Assembly (NCBI GenBank): GCA_021414225.1
Contig: JAIOOX010000004.1
Coordinates: 66,206 to 130,205 of the forward strand
Length of the DNA: 64,000 nt
Origin: Candidatus Vogelbacteria bacterium
Lineage (GTDB): Bacteria; Patescibacteriota; Minisyncoccia; Phycocordibacterales; XYD1-FULL-46-19
Direction of reading: 5' to 3'
Below, piece by piece: positions 18,701 to 27,823 of the stretch. The notes under the pieces were generated by a model, which did not search any database, was not told the origin of the DNA, and saw nothing but the letters and a program-made list of their open reading frames with translations. The position numbers and the translations under genes are program-made. Position 1 is the first letter of the stretch. Each line of letters begins with the position of its first letter.

Positions 18701-20064
18701 TTAGTGTCGGCTGAGTGATATTTTTCAGAAAAAGTTGAACAGTTAAGGGCGCCATTTTGACCTTGAATACAAAATTCTTTAGCGATAGCTGAATTAGAAA
18801 CCTCTAAATTACCATTAACAGACACCTTGCCTGTTAACAAATTACCAGCGTCTGTCCTAATATCGAGAACTTTATTACCACTCTCATCAGCAAAGCTAAA
18901 ACCTTGAGCGTTAGGGCTATCAGTTTTTAGCATTAAAGACTTATCTGTATCATTAATTATGTACCAATTTTGGCCACTAGCACCCTGAAGACGGAAAAGT
19001 CTAGCAAGGTCACCAACCACACCAGTCGCACTAACACTCAATTTGGAACCAAAAGCTGAATTAGAACCTATAGCTAAATTCCAATTATTTTTTCCATTTA
19101 CTAGAGGGGCGTCAGTTTGGTCTATGGAAATAGAATTATACTCAGGCTTCTTTAACCAGTAGTTATCGCCGGTCATTTTCGTACAAACTCGACTAGCGCC
19201 AGTACCAACACAGTTATATAGGTCACCATCGTAAGTGATATCGCCACCAACATTAAGATCGTCGTAAACGTTAACCAATCTTTTACTACCAGCCAAACCG
19301 CCACCGTAAATATCAAGAGATCTAGGTGCGGTATTGTTGTATCTTATTTTTCCAGCATCAGTCGCCTTAGTACCTGGAAGAACGGTCCCAAATTCCAAAG
19401 AATTAGCACCAATAATTTCTGCCCCTTTACCCAAGATACTTGTTTCACTAACAGAGAATCTACCTGCAATACCTAGGTTAGCTTTAATCCCAACATTTCC
19501 ATTAGGGTTTTTATTTACCAGTTGACCCACATCATTAACCTCCCAATTGCTATCACCACCACTAGTGGTACAAGCACCACTTTGAACACATTCATTATAG
19601 ATAGTTTGAAAATCAGCCCAATCAGCACTACCAGAACTATCAGTTGAAATTAAAATTTTATTTTCACCAGCAGTCGAAGTGGCGTACTGGAAACTCTCAC
19701 CGGCACCAAGCATTTTGGTCGCTAAAATACTTCTAGCAACCAAAAAATTGTCCACAACAAGACTGTCGTTACCACTAGTCAAATCACCAGTACCAATATT
19801 AACAACATTACCAAAAAGACACTTAAAACCGCCCAAAAGACCACTGCCAGGAATACAATCTGGAGCCTCTATATTTTTTACCACCAACTTACCACCTAGA
19901 GTTAAACCACCATCTTTTTTCTGACTAGTAGCAGTGACGTTAATCGGTTCTGGAGCATTATTATCTGGTGGGTTGGACGGAGCTGGTGTCCAGGCGGCTT
20001 GAGCGGTAACCACCAAGGTCAGGAGAAGGAGAACTGAAGTGAGAAATATTTTACTGGATTTCAT
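15751..20064 (-). CDS. Large secreted fibre/adhesin-like surface protein (1437 aa)
   Basis: Signal peptide, WTPAPSNPPDNN start, repeated GNVGIGT..KLDVNG and GKVLxSDxxGxAxW tail-fibre-like units, Cys-containing C-terminal domain. Confidence 0.75.
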   Translation of the reverse strand: MKSSKIFLTSVLLLLTLVVTAQAAWTPAPSNPPDNNAPEPINVTATSQKKDGGLTLGGKLVVKNIEAPDCIPGSGLLGGFKCLFGNVVNIGTGDLTSGNDSLVVDNFLVARSILATKMLGAGESFQYATSTAGENKILISTDSSGSADWADFQTIYNECVQSGACTTSGGDSNWEVNDVGQLVNKNPNGNVGIKANLGIAGRFSVSETSILGKGAEIIGANSLEFGTVLPGTKATDAGKIRYNNTAPRSLDIYGGGLAGSKRLVNVYDDLNVGGDITYDGDLYNCVGTGASRVCTKMTGDNYWLKKPEYNSISIDQTDAPLVNGKNNWNLAIGSNSAFGSKLSVSATGVVGDLARLFRLQGASGQNWYIINDTDKSLMLKTDSPNAQGFSFADESGNKVLDIRTDAGNLLTGKVSVNGNLEVSNSAIAKEFCIQGQNGALNCSTFSEKYHSADTNKDWKISSGEYNTYLAFYNAGAYHCDSNTSSGYAPGSGSTNCTPSDADYEPQDWKISLSENLRLIQMRNSTQYRPCVGGEDGFCVFVDDSLNNVSNGISTGQTLAWSGSKWEPNSVLNVSPQTSNVLLNGVFNILGVIGGKTETASIKIVPTTLDNNATPALSLDGGGANREVYIPGILTIGNETNSSNAQSKLILRDGNQGEGKVLVSNSLGFASWKATSTLNISGGDSNWTKVGNDLFNTNSGKVVITAGNPSHTLNLNSSASPLIGESAEFVVNNRASFAYDGPAQAVVISDADADKDIVFKSGRGSGTNSIERLRIDNGTGNVGVGTNAPTSLFTVLKNVAGGRGGEISIVNGANPQVNNEAALNFGLEPSTYNGNAGNSQIKSILTNVNGSADLVFSGWNGVAGSGGSFSEYMRIKSGGSVGIGTNAPKTKLDVNGDTNVDGKLIVSSESGFSGANLEVTGQALIRGNGARLFLASSESTNPDPTQTPVWNLDNYTGGGLDKGFRIYRQANMGTNQAQWPTEAFMIEGVNGNVGIGRVPTQTGTKLDIGGEITVRGGTPGLNKVLTATDSTGKAVWKTLAEIGGGSGLPGGQADQTLRYDNGAWVGTDSLKIADGGVVTAGADLQVMGASLVVGNQAVFGNLGLGILGQATTKLDVNGQIRIRGGSPGLNKILVSDANGLATWQNASVIIPSVTDNDKQTLSFSNNTLAISGGNSIPLYSAGTGLVISGNTLSTQNTQALWNANQLQGRSVVATVPSNGQVLKWNGSAWAPSNETLSGLPVANSTNANQILKSNGTSWVAGGSNLIMESGTGKVGINLPGLATLQSTNEKLRVMGGVLTDRLRVQGSSGSSGGDPAPAVGRVLTAKDSTGQAIWDDVKIASIYCEWTKNSSGNFVASGGCTGSIASSDANDNYILTCPATYKVVSGGAWCDSSFGSMNALRESRPNSANSWKISCRRTSSLFGSTSSQPNGASLVCAK

Positions 20065-20076
20065 ATTAAATAAAGA

Positions 20077-20427
20077 TTATTTAGTTTTTAATTGCTTCAA
20101 CACTTCTTCAATTTCAGCTGGTGTTGGCTCCTTAGCACCAGCAGAGCCAGAAGCCTGAGCGGATGGTTTAGACAATTGCTCCAAAATTGCTTTAGTTTCA
20201 GCTGCAGTTGGTGGAGGAACAGGTTTACCATCAGCTCCAACTGGGGGTTTACTCAACTCTTTTAAGATCTGACTCACTTCTTCAGGAGACAGATCTTGCC
20301 CAGAGTTTATTGAACCATCTCCAGCTGTATTTTGGCTGTTGGACAACCAAACCAGACCAACTACTATAAGGACAATTACTACGACACCGATAATAGTAGA
20401 AATAATTTTACTGCTGGATGAATTCAT
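20077..20427 (-). CDS. Small membrane-anchored protein with three helical repeats
   Basis: TM then EEVSQILKELSKP / AETKAILEQLSKP / AEIEEVLKQLKTK. Confidence 0.7.
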   Translation of the reverse strand: MNSSSSKIISTIIGVVVIVLIVVGLVWLSNSQNTAGDGSINSGQDLSPEEVSQILKELSKPPVGADGKPVPPPTAAETKAILEQLSKPSAQASGSAGAKEPTPAEIEEVLKQLKTK

Positions 20428-20677
20428 AAAATAAGTTTTTAAAAATTAATAAGTATTAAATATCCAAAAAATATAAAATGTAGGAGAAACCCACTACACC
20501 ACAATATTACATTAAACATAATACCAACAAACAAGTCTGCTCACAATAAAAAAGTTAACTCAATGTTGATAACCTGAATCAGATACGTGGCCACTTTTAA
20601 TTCGTTTTATTAAAAAAATATCTATTTATTAACTTATTTTTTAAAATAAACTCAAATATTTATTCCACCCACCAAGC

Positions 20678-20706
20678 TTGCAAAGTAGACCTGGACGTGA
20701 TATACT
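20678..20706 (+). promoter_or_regulatory. Sigma70 promoter upstream of nusA
   Basis: TTGCAA-17 nt-TATACT with TGn extension. Confidence 0.65.
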
Positions 20707-20732
20707 TAATCATAACGATATGAGACTGTCTG

Positions 20733-20764
20733 AATGTCCGCTCCGAGAGGAAACGGACATTTTT
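20733..20764 (+). promoter_or_regulatory. Terminator-like attenuator in the nusA leader
   Basis: aatgtccg...cggacatt hairpin plus T tract between promoter and ATG. Confidence 0.5.
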
Positions 20765-20808
20765 AGTTAAAATTTCGTTTAAAATAATTATTCATAGCTA
20801 AAATATTT

Positions 20809-21990
20809 ATGATCGATTTAAAAGCACTCAAAGGAGCTCTTGATCAATTAGAAGAAGAGCGCAACATTCCTCAAGATAAAATAATCGAAGCGATTGCTGA
20901 CTCTTTGGTGGCCGCTTACAAAAAAGATTACGGTAAGAAAGGACAGATTGTCCGGGCTCATTTTGATATGGATTCAGGTAAAATTGAGTTCCAGCAAATT
21001 AAAATTGCTGTCGACAACACCACTGTCCGCCTAGCTGAAGAAGAACCAACTGACGACTTGGATGAACGACCTCGTTTCAATGAAGAACACCATATCTGGC
21101 TAGAAGACGCCCAGAAGATTAAGCGTGACTGTCAATTGGGAGACGAATTAATCTTTCCGCTCGACACTCAGGAAGATTTTGGCCGAATAGCCGCTCAAAC
21201 AGCCAAACAAGTAATCATCCAACGAATCCGAGAGGCAGAAAAAGTCTCTATTTTAGATGAATATGAGGGACGCGAAGGCGATATTATTAATGGAAAAGTC
21301 CAAAAACTAGATCGGGGCAACGTTTTCATCGACCTTGGTCGAACAACAGCCATCTTGCCTTACGAGGAACAAGTGCCAGGCGAATATTATCGTCAAGGTG
21401 AACGGATCCGCGCTTATTTGTTTAAAGTAGAAGACACTCCTCGTGGCATTGCTTTAAAACTGTCTCGTTCTCATCCTAAATTTGTTGAAAAACTATTTGC
21501 TGTAGAAGCACCCGAGATCGCCAATGGCACCGTAGAAGTCAAAGCGATCGCCCGAGAAGCTGGTTCGCGCACCAAAATAGCAGTTATTTCTCACGACCAA
21601 AACATCGACGCTGTCGGTTCTTGTGTCGGCCAAAAAGGCTCACGAGTAAACACCGTTATTACCGAACTAGGGGGTGAAAAAATCGACATTATTGAATGGT
21701 CAGACCGAACTGAAACTTTTATCGGCAGTGCTTTATCACCGGCCAAAATCAACGAAGTTAAGATAGACGAAGAAAACCGCTCCGCTACTATTAGTGTCGA
21801 TCCTGACCAGTTTTCACTAGCAGTTGGTAAAGGTGGCCAAAACGTCCGCCTAGCAGCCAAGCTAACTGGTTGGAGAATTGATATTGTTACCCCTGAAGGG
21901 TCAAATAAAGACTTAGCTGAAGTAGTAGAAAAAGTGACCACCGAAGAGACTCCCACTGAACCAGTTTCTACCGAAGAGGCTACTGTTTAA
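20809..21990 (+). CDS. nusA: Transcription termination factor NusA
   Basis: FGRIAAQTAKQVI, AREAGSRTKIAV, GKGGQNVRLAAKLTGWRIDI. Confidence 0.97.
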   Translation: MIDLKALKGALDQLEEERNIPQDKIIEAIADSLVAAYKKDYGKKGQIVRAHFDMDSGKIEFQQIKIAVDNTTVRLAEEEPTDDLDERPRFNEEHHIWLEDAQKIKRDCQLGDELIFPLDTQEDFGRIAAQTAKQVIIQRIREAEKVSILDEYEGREGDIINGKVQKLDRGNVFIDLGRTTAILPYEEQVPGEYYRQGERIRAYLFKVEDTPRGIALKLSRSHPKFVEKLFAVEAPEIANGTVEVKAIAREAGSRTKIAVISHDQNIDAVGSCVGQKGSRVNTVITELGGEKIDIIEWSDRTETFIGSALSPAKINEVKIDEENRSATISVDPDQFSLAVGKGGQNVRLAAKLTGWRIDIVTPEGSNKDLAEVVEKVTTEETPTEPVSTEEATV

Positions 21991-22014
21991 TTATTAATTT
22001 AATCTAAATATCTT

Positions 22015-22548
22015 ATGAAAAATCTGTGGCACGACATTCCATTTGGAAAAAGTAACAATAAATTCAACGTCATTATCGAGATTCCAAAACTCTCTCGAGT
22101 CAAATATGAACTAGACAAAGAAACTGGATTAATTCATGTCGACCGTGTTTTGTATTCACCAATGCACTACCCGGCCAACTATGGTTTCGTACCTCAAACT
22201 TTATGGGATGACGGCGACCCGTTGGATGTTTTAGTTATGTCTCATGAACCATTTGTCCCAGGCTGCCTAGTCGAAGTTCGACCGATCGGTATTATGGAGA
22301 TGCAGGACGATGGCGAAGGCGATGCTAAAGTTTTAGCAGTGCCAACCAAAGACCCTCGTTTTAACACTGTCACTGACATTAGAAATCTAGAACCACACAC
22401 TTTGGACGAAATTTCTCACTTCTTCAAAGTTTACAAAGACTTACAAAAAAAAGAAGTGGTGGTGGGAGAGTGGCTTGGTCACGAAGAAGCCGAAAAAGCG
22501 GTAGACCACTCTATAGAAGTTTACAATCAAAAATATCCTCGTTCTTAA
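22015..22548 (+). CDS. ppa: Family I inorganic pyrophosphatase
   Basis: KYELDK, YPANYGFVP, DDGDPLDVL. Confidence 0.95.
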   Translation: MKNLWHDIPFGKSNNKFNVIIEIPKLSRVKYELDKETGLIHVDRVLYSPMHYPANYGFVPQTLWDDGDPLDVLVMSHEPFVPGCLVEVRPIGIMEMQDDGEGDAKVLAVPTKDPRFNTVTDIRNLEPHTLDEISHFFKVYKDLQKKEVVVGEWLGHEEAEKAVDHSIEVYNQKYPRS

Positions 22549-22665
22549 ACCCTTTCTGGACAATCACAACAAATAGCTCCATATGGTATACTTAAAGTTA
22601 CCCTATGGGCTTTTTGTTTAATGGTCTAAAAAGCCTGAGGGTTTAACAGATTTACTTAAAAACAT

Positions 22666-23397
22666 ATGAAATACTATAAAATTATTCCTTTAATAATCGC
22701 CATGGCTTTAGTGGTAGCTAGTCCAATCCCAGTATTAGCTGAGGACTCCCCCAGTATAACCAACACCCTAAAAGAACGAGCTCGTGAGGCTAGAGAAAAA
22801 TTCCAAGCTGAACGTGAAGCGGTTAAAGAGCAAGGACTTAAGGACAGGGCTGAATTTAAAGGAGAAAGAGCGGAGATCAGGGGAGAACACCAGGATAAAA
22901 TTAAAAGTATCTTAGATGATGATTCTGTCAGTACTAGCTCTAAAAGAGACCTTTTAAAAGATGAACGAGAGATGCGCCGAGGAAAGGTGGACGATTTAAA
23001 AAAAGATCGAATTGAAGCTTACGCTAGTCGTATCACTCGTCGACTAACCGCTGCTATTGAACGTATTAGCAGCCTAATTGATCGAGTAGAAGAAAGATTA
23101 ACTAAAGCTGATGCCAAAGGAATAGATATCACCAAAGCTCAAGGTCTCATTAGCGAAGCGCGGACCAACCTTAGTGAAGCCAAAGTTGGTTTAGCTGACT
23201 TCCAGGCCAAGGTTAGTGATTTGGTAACTACTTCCACCCCAGGTGAATCATTTGTGAAGGCAAAAGAAGCAGCCGGCACAGTGATTACTAAAATCAAAAC
23301 CGCTCATGCTAAAATAGTAGAAGCGATCACTTCTCTTAAAGCCGACCTGAAAGACAGTCCAGACGATCAATCAGATGATAGTAGTGCTTCAAATTAA
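22666..23397 (+). CDS. Secreted coiled-coil hypothetical protein
   Basis: Signal peptide, long charged helices. Confidence 0.75.
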   Translation: MKYYKIIPLIIAMALVVASPIPVLAEDSPSITNTLKERAREAREKFQAEREAVKEQGLKDRAEFKGERAEIRGEHQDKIKSILDDDSVSTSSKRDLLKDEREMRRGKVDDLKKDRIEAYASRITRRLTAAIERISSLIDRVEERLTKADAKGIDITKAQGLISEARTNLSEAKVGLADFQAKVSDLVTTSTPGESFVKAKEAAGTVITKIKTAHAKIVEAITSLKADLKDSPDDQSDDSSASN

Positions 23398-23417
23398 TTA
23401 TTAGTTATTTTTTATTC

Positions 23418-23705
23418 ATGGACACTCAAAACAAAAACCCAGAGTCAGTTGGACCAGTATTAGGTATCGTAATTATTATTGCTATTCTAGTAGTTGGTGG
23501 TATCTTCGCCTTTACCAATCGCTTAAGTATCAACAATAGTACTCAGTCAGCTGAAGAGATTGAAGTTTCACCTGATGAAACAACTATTAACCTAAGTACC
23601 CAGAGTACCTCCACCGATCTGACCACTATTGAAGCGGACGCTCAAGCCACCGACCTCAACAATCTCGATATCGAGCTTGAAGCGATGCAAAAGGAGTTAG
23701 AATAA
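23418..23705 (+). CDS. Small membrane-anchored hypothetical protein
   Basis: GPVLGIVIII TM, acidic tail. Confidence 0.7.
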   Translation: MDTQNKNPESVGPVLGIVIIIAILVVGGIFAFTNRLSINNSTQSAEEIEVSPDETTINLSTQSTSTDLTTIEADAQATDLNNLDIELEAMQKELE

Positions 23706-23727
23706 AAGAGATTAATAAATTTCTCGT

Positions 23728-23766
23728 CACCAAAAAAACTGGCCCCTACGGCCAGTTTTTTTGGTG
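23728..23766 (+). terminator. Intrinsic terminator
   Basis: caccaaaaaaactggcc/ggccagtttttttggtg. Confidence 0.8.
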
Positions 23767-23824
23767 GCAAATCAAATTAAACCCCTAATTGCAATTCCTA
23801 AAAAATCCGCTATGCTAGAGGCCT

Positions 23825-24880
23825 ATGACTAATATAAAAATCAATAAAATTAACGACAGTGAGGTAGAAATTATCGGTGAAGTTGAGTCGGTTGAGTTTA
23901 TGAAACACTGGACTCCAGTCGTGAAAAAACTTAATGAGCAAGTCACTCTCGATGGTTTTCGCAAAGGCAACGCTCCTGAAAAAATCTTACTAGAAAAAAT
24001 CGGTGAAGAAAAAGTTCTAATTGAGATGGCTGACACCGTCTTTGCTAAGCTTTACCCAGAAATCCTGACTGAGCACAAGATCGACGCCATCGGCCAACCG
24101 CAGGTTTCTATCACCAAACTCGCCAAGGATAATCCCCTCGGTTTCACTATTAAAACCGCTATTGTTCCAACTTTAAAACTACCCGATTATAAAAAGATTG
24201 CTAAAGAGACTGTGGCGAAAACCGAAAAACCAACCGAAGTAACCGACAAAGAAATAGAAGACGTCATCTTTGAATTACAAAAACAACGAGCCATGTCGTT
24301 GGAGGAAAATAAAGACCTCAAACCGGAAGATAAAGACAAGTTGGTCCTCCCGGAAATTACTGATGAGTTCGTGAAAACTCTCGGTAAATTTGAAAATGTG
24401 GCTGACTTTAAAGCCAAGATTAGAGAAAATTTAGGATCAGATAAAGAATTTAGAGCCAAGGAGAAAACTCGTCTCGCTATTATGGACGCTATTGCTGAGA
24501 AGATCGAAGTCACTATTCCTGACATCTTGGTTGAGAGCGAACTAAACAAAATGGTTCAAGAATTAAAATATGAAACCAATCGCATGGGCCTAAAGTTTGA
24601 TGATTACCTGATTCACCTCAAGAAAACCGAAGACGAACTCAAACATAACTGGAAAGCTGACGCTGAAAAACGAGTAAAGTTAGGTTTAGTGGTCAACGCG
24701 ATAATTGACGATGCTAAATTAGAAGCTACTAAGGAGGAATTGGAGCACGAAGTTAGTCACATGCTTGGTCATATGGGCGATCAACAGCCGAGCGATAAAG
24801 ATTTACCTCGTGTCCATTCCTACGCCGAAAACACCATCCTCCACAAAAAAGTCTTCGAGCTATTAGAAAATAATAAATAA
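23825..24880 (+). CDS. tig: Trigger factor (short form, apparently lacking the FKBP domain)
   Basis: GFRKGNAP ribosome-binding motif, LPEITDEF, AEKRVK; upstream of clpP. Confidence 0.9.
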   Translation: MTNIKINKINDSEVEIIGEVESVEFMKHWTPVVKKLNEQVTLDGFRKGNAPEKILLEKIGEEKVLIEMADTVFAKLYPEILTEHKIDAIGQPQVSITKLAKDNPLGFTIKTAIVPTLKLPDYKKIAKETVAKTEKPTEVTDKEIEDVIFELQKQRAMSLEENKDLKPEDKDKLVLPEITDEFVKTLGKFENVADFKAKIRENLGSDKEFRAKEKTRLAIMDAIAEKIEVTIPDILVESELNKMVQELKYETNRMGLKFDDYLIHLKKTEDELKHNWKADAEKRVKLGLVVNAIIDDAKLEATKEELEHEVSHMLGHMGDQQPSDKDLPRVHSYAENTILHKKVFELLENNK

Positions 24881-24926
24881 TGATAAACTTTTTCTAATTA
24901 CTAGTCTTCGTTAAAACACAAATTAT

Positions 24927-25511
24927 ATGTTAATACCAACCGTAATCGAAAAATCACCACTCGGCGAACGAGCCTACGATATTTACTCACGCCTATTAAA
25001 GGAACGAATTATTTTTTTGGGCGGCATTGTGGACGACTATGTGGCCAACCTAATCATCGCTCAATTATTGTTTTTGGAATCTGAAGATCCTAAAAAGGAT
25101 GTCACTCTATATATCAACTCCCCTGGTGGCTCAGTCAGTGCCGGTCTCGCTATTTACGACACTATGAATCACATTAAACCAGACGTTTCGACTGTCTGTG
25201 TCGGCCTCGCCGCTTCCATGGGAGCTTTCTTGTTATCATCAGGAACCAAAGGCAAGCGCTTTATGCTTCCCAACGCTGAAGCCATGATTCACCAAGTCAT
25301 GGGTGGGGCGGAAGGCCAAGCCTCTGATATTGCTATCAGCGCTAAACACATCCTTCGCACTAAGGACACTTTAAACAAAATCTTAGCTAAAAACACTGGT
25401 CAAAAGGTTGAGCAAGTTGAAAAGGACTCCGATCGCGACAACTACATGACGGCCGAAGAAGCCAAGAAATACGGTTTAGTCGATGACATTGTAAAACCAA
25501 AGAGTCGGTAA
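24927..25511 (+). CDS. clpP: ATP-dependent Clp protease proteolytic subunit
   Basis: [28 protein letters not shown]. Confidence 0.97.
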   Translation: MLIPTVIEKSPLGERAYDIYSRLLKERIIFLGGIVDDYVANLIIAQLLFLESEDPKKDVTLYINSPGGSVSAGLAIYDTMNHIKPDVSTVCVGLAASMGAFLLSSGTKGKRFMLPNAEAMIHQVMGGAEGQASDIAISAKHILRTKDTLNKILAKNTGQKVEQVEKDSDRDNYMTAEEAKKYGLVDDIVKPKSR

Positions 25512-25521
25512 AACAAGAGAC

Positions 25522-25564
25522 GGATACCAAAAAACTGGCCACACGGGCCAGTTTTTTGGTATCC
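25522..25564 (+). terminator. Intrinsic terminator
   Basis: ggataccaaaaaactggcc/ggccagttttttggtatcc. Confidence 0.8.
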
Positions 25565-25812
25565 AACCACACTAGACAAAGACAAAATAATTTGATATTG
25601 TAAAAAAGTCCTTATTATTAAATTTGATTTTACGACACCCTTACCTTTTCGAATTTTTAAGCCTATTTTTTCCGATTTCACTCTTATGTTCACTCAGATT
25701 CACTTCTATCAATCGCTAGTCATTCACAACCAAAGAGTATCTTAAAATATCAACCGCTAGTGGAGCGGTTGGCTTCGAAAATTGACAAGGAACATTGGTG
25801 TTGACCACAGCC

Positions 25813-27342
25813 ATGTCACTAATTACATTCATCATTATCACCGGCGCCGCCGGTCTCGGTGGGATTGTGGTTGGTTACTTCCTGCGCTGGTTGGTCACCT
25901 TGGGCCAGAAGGGCTCAATGGAACTAACCATTAAACAGCAATTACTTGAAGCAAAAGAAGAAGCTCAAAAAATTGTTGCCAGCGCCGAAACAGAAGCAAC
26001 CACCATCCTCCAAGAAGCTAAGGTTCAAGAAAAAGAAAAAGAAACCCAGCTCAAGAAATTAGAAGACCGTCTTATTAATAAAGATGAGATTCTTGATAAA
26101 CGCCAAGTTGATATCGACAAAGAAGCTGAATCACTCAAACTACGTGCTGAGGAATTAAAGAAGATAAAAGAGAAGGTTGACGGTCTAGGAGCAGAAGCTC
26201 AAAAAGAACTAGAACGGGTATCTAGTATGTCAGCTGAAGAAGCCAAGCAAGAACTCCTAAACACTATTGAGAAAAACTATAGCGAGGATTTGTTGGTTCG
26301 GATGCATAAAATAGAAATGACTGGGGCAGAACGTCTAGAACAAAAAGCCAAAGACATTCTAGCTACTGTTATCCAACGGCTCTCTACTTCGACTGTCCCA
26401 GAAGTCATGTCCACCACCGTCGATATTCCTTCCGACGACATCAAAGGTAAGATCATTGGCAAAGAAGGTCGTAATATTCGAACCTTCGAAAAAGCGACTG
26501 GGGTGGAAGTTATCATAGATGACACTCCAGGTTCAATCGTTCTGTCTTCTTTTGATCCAGTCCGTCGACAAATCGCTCGGGTAGCTCTGGAAAACCTAAT
26601 TCTCGATGGCCGCATTCAACCAGCCAAAATTGAAGAGATGGTAGAAAAAGCTAAAGAAGAAATTTCCAAAATTATTAAAGAAAAGGGCGAGCAAGCGGCT
26701 TATGAAGTTGGTGTCTTCAACCTCGACCCCCGTATTCTTCTAATCTTAGGCCGACTCCACTTCAGGACTAGTTATGGCCAAAACGTCCTTCAACACTCTA
26801 TTGAAGCGGCTCATATTGCTAGTATGCTAGCTGAAGAGCTCGGTGGTGATGTTCAAGTAGCTAAGGCTGGAACCTTACTCCACGACATCGGAAAGGCTGT
26901 GGACCATGAAGTGGCAGGTACTCACGTGGAGATCGGCCGACGAATTCTCGACAAGTTCGGGGCTGGTGAAGCTATTATCAAAGCGATGCAGTCTCACCAT
27001 GAGGAATATCCTTATGAAACCCTAGAATCTATCATTGTTAAGGTGGCGGATTCTATTTCCGGTGGTCGCCCAGGTGCCCGTCGTGACAGTATTGAAAACT
27101 ATCTGAAACGACTTAAGGATCTGGAAGACATTGCCAACAGCTTTAAAGGTATTGAACGTAGTTATGCTATCCAGGCGGGACGAGAAATACGAGTTTTTGT
27201 TAAACCAGAAGAAATGAATGATTTTGAGTCCAAACAACTAGCTCGTGATATCGCCCTCCGGATCGAAAAAGAACTTAAATACCCAGGCGAAATCAAAGTA
27301 ACAGTCATTCGTGAGGCAAGAGTAATAGAATACGCCAGATAA
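25813..27342 (+). CDS. rny: Ribonuclease Y
   Basis: N-terminal TM, coiled coil, KH (KGKIIGKEGRNIR), HD (LLHDIGK); ATG 25813 preferred. Confidence 0.96.
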   Translation: MSLITFIIITGAAGLGGIVVGYFLRWLVTLGQKGSMELTIKQQLLEAKEEAQKIVASAETEATTILQEAKVQEKEKETQLKKLEDRLINKDEILDKRQVDIDKEAESLKLRAEELKKIKEKVDGLGAEAQKELERVSSMSAEEAKQELLNTIEKNYSEDLLVRMHKIEMTGAERLEQKAKDILATVIQRLSTSTVPEVMSTTVDIPSDDIKGKIIGKEGRNIRTFEKATGVEVIIDDTPGSIVLSSFDPVRRQIARVALENLILDGRIQPAKIEEMVEKAKEEISKIIKEKGEQAAYEVGVFNLDPRILLILGRLHFRTSYGQNVLQHSIEAAHIASMLAEELGGDVQVAKAGTLLHDIGKAVDHEVAGTHVEIGRRILDKFGAGEAIIKAMQSHHEEYPYETLESIIVKVADSISGGRPGARRDSIENYLKRLKDLEDIANSFKGIERSYAIQAGREIRVFVKPEEMNDFESKQLARDIALRIEKELKYPGEIKVTVIREARVIEYAR

Positions 27343-27368
27343 TAAGACAATATTAAATAAAATCAGTC

Positions 27369-27408
27369 AAAAAGCCCGCTCTAAAACCTATGTATTGCGG
27401 GCTTTTTT
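27369..27408 (+). terminator. Intrinsic terminator
   Basis: aaaaagcccgc...gcgggcttttt. Confidence 0.65.
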
Positions 27409-27473
27409 GCCCCACGTTATAATAAAGAGGTGGAGAAACTAAGGTCGTCTTATTAACATAAGGTAATATTAGT

Positions 27474-27746
27474 ATGAACAAACAAGCCCTTGTCGATGTC
27501 GTCCACGAAATAGTTGGCGGCACCAAAACAAATGCTGAAAAAGCAGTTGATGCTATCATTGAAAACATCACCAAAACATTGAAAAAGGGTGATGAAGTAT
27601 CAATCGCTGGTCTTGGTATTTTTTCTTCTAAAGTTCGCGCTGCTCGAACAGCTCGAAATCCTCGAACTGGTGAAGCTGTATCTGTGCCAGCCATGCGGGT
27701 ACCGAAGTTTCGTCCAGCCAAAGCCTTGAAGGACGCGGTGAAATAA
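27474..27746 (+). CDS. hup: DNA-binding protein HU
   Basis: MNKQAL, GLGIF, RTARNPRTGE, PKFRPAKALK. Confidence 0.95.
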   Translation: MNKQALVDVVHEIVGGTKTNAEKAVDAIIENITKTLKKGDEVSIAGLGIFSSKVRAARTARNPRTGEAVSVPAMRVPKFRPAKALKDAVK

Positions 27747-27776
27747 TAAGCGCAAATATTTAATATTTGCCACTAC

Positions 27777-27810
27777 AACAAAAATTCCCACTTCGGTGGG
27801 AATTTTTGTT
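27777..27810. terminator. Bidirectional terminator with UUCG loop
   Basis: aacaaaaattcccac-ttcg-gtgggaatttttgtt between convergent genes. Confidence 0.85.
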
Positions 27811-27823
27811 TCTGTTTTTTAAG

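Noticed and set aside
15751-20064. Phage tail fibre indicating a prophage
   Set aside because: Has a signal peptide and no phage neighbours; better read as a cell-surface protein
23728-25564. Two terminators sharing aaaaaactggcc/ggccagtttttt as ends of a mobile element around tig-clpP
   Set aside because: They enclose core genes and each functions as an ordinary terminator; similarity is short
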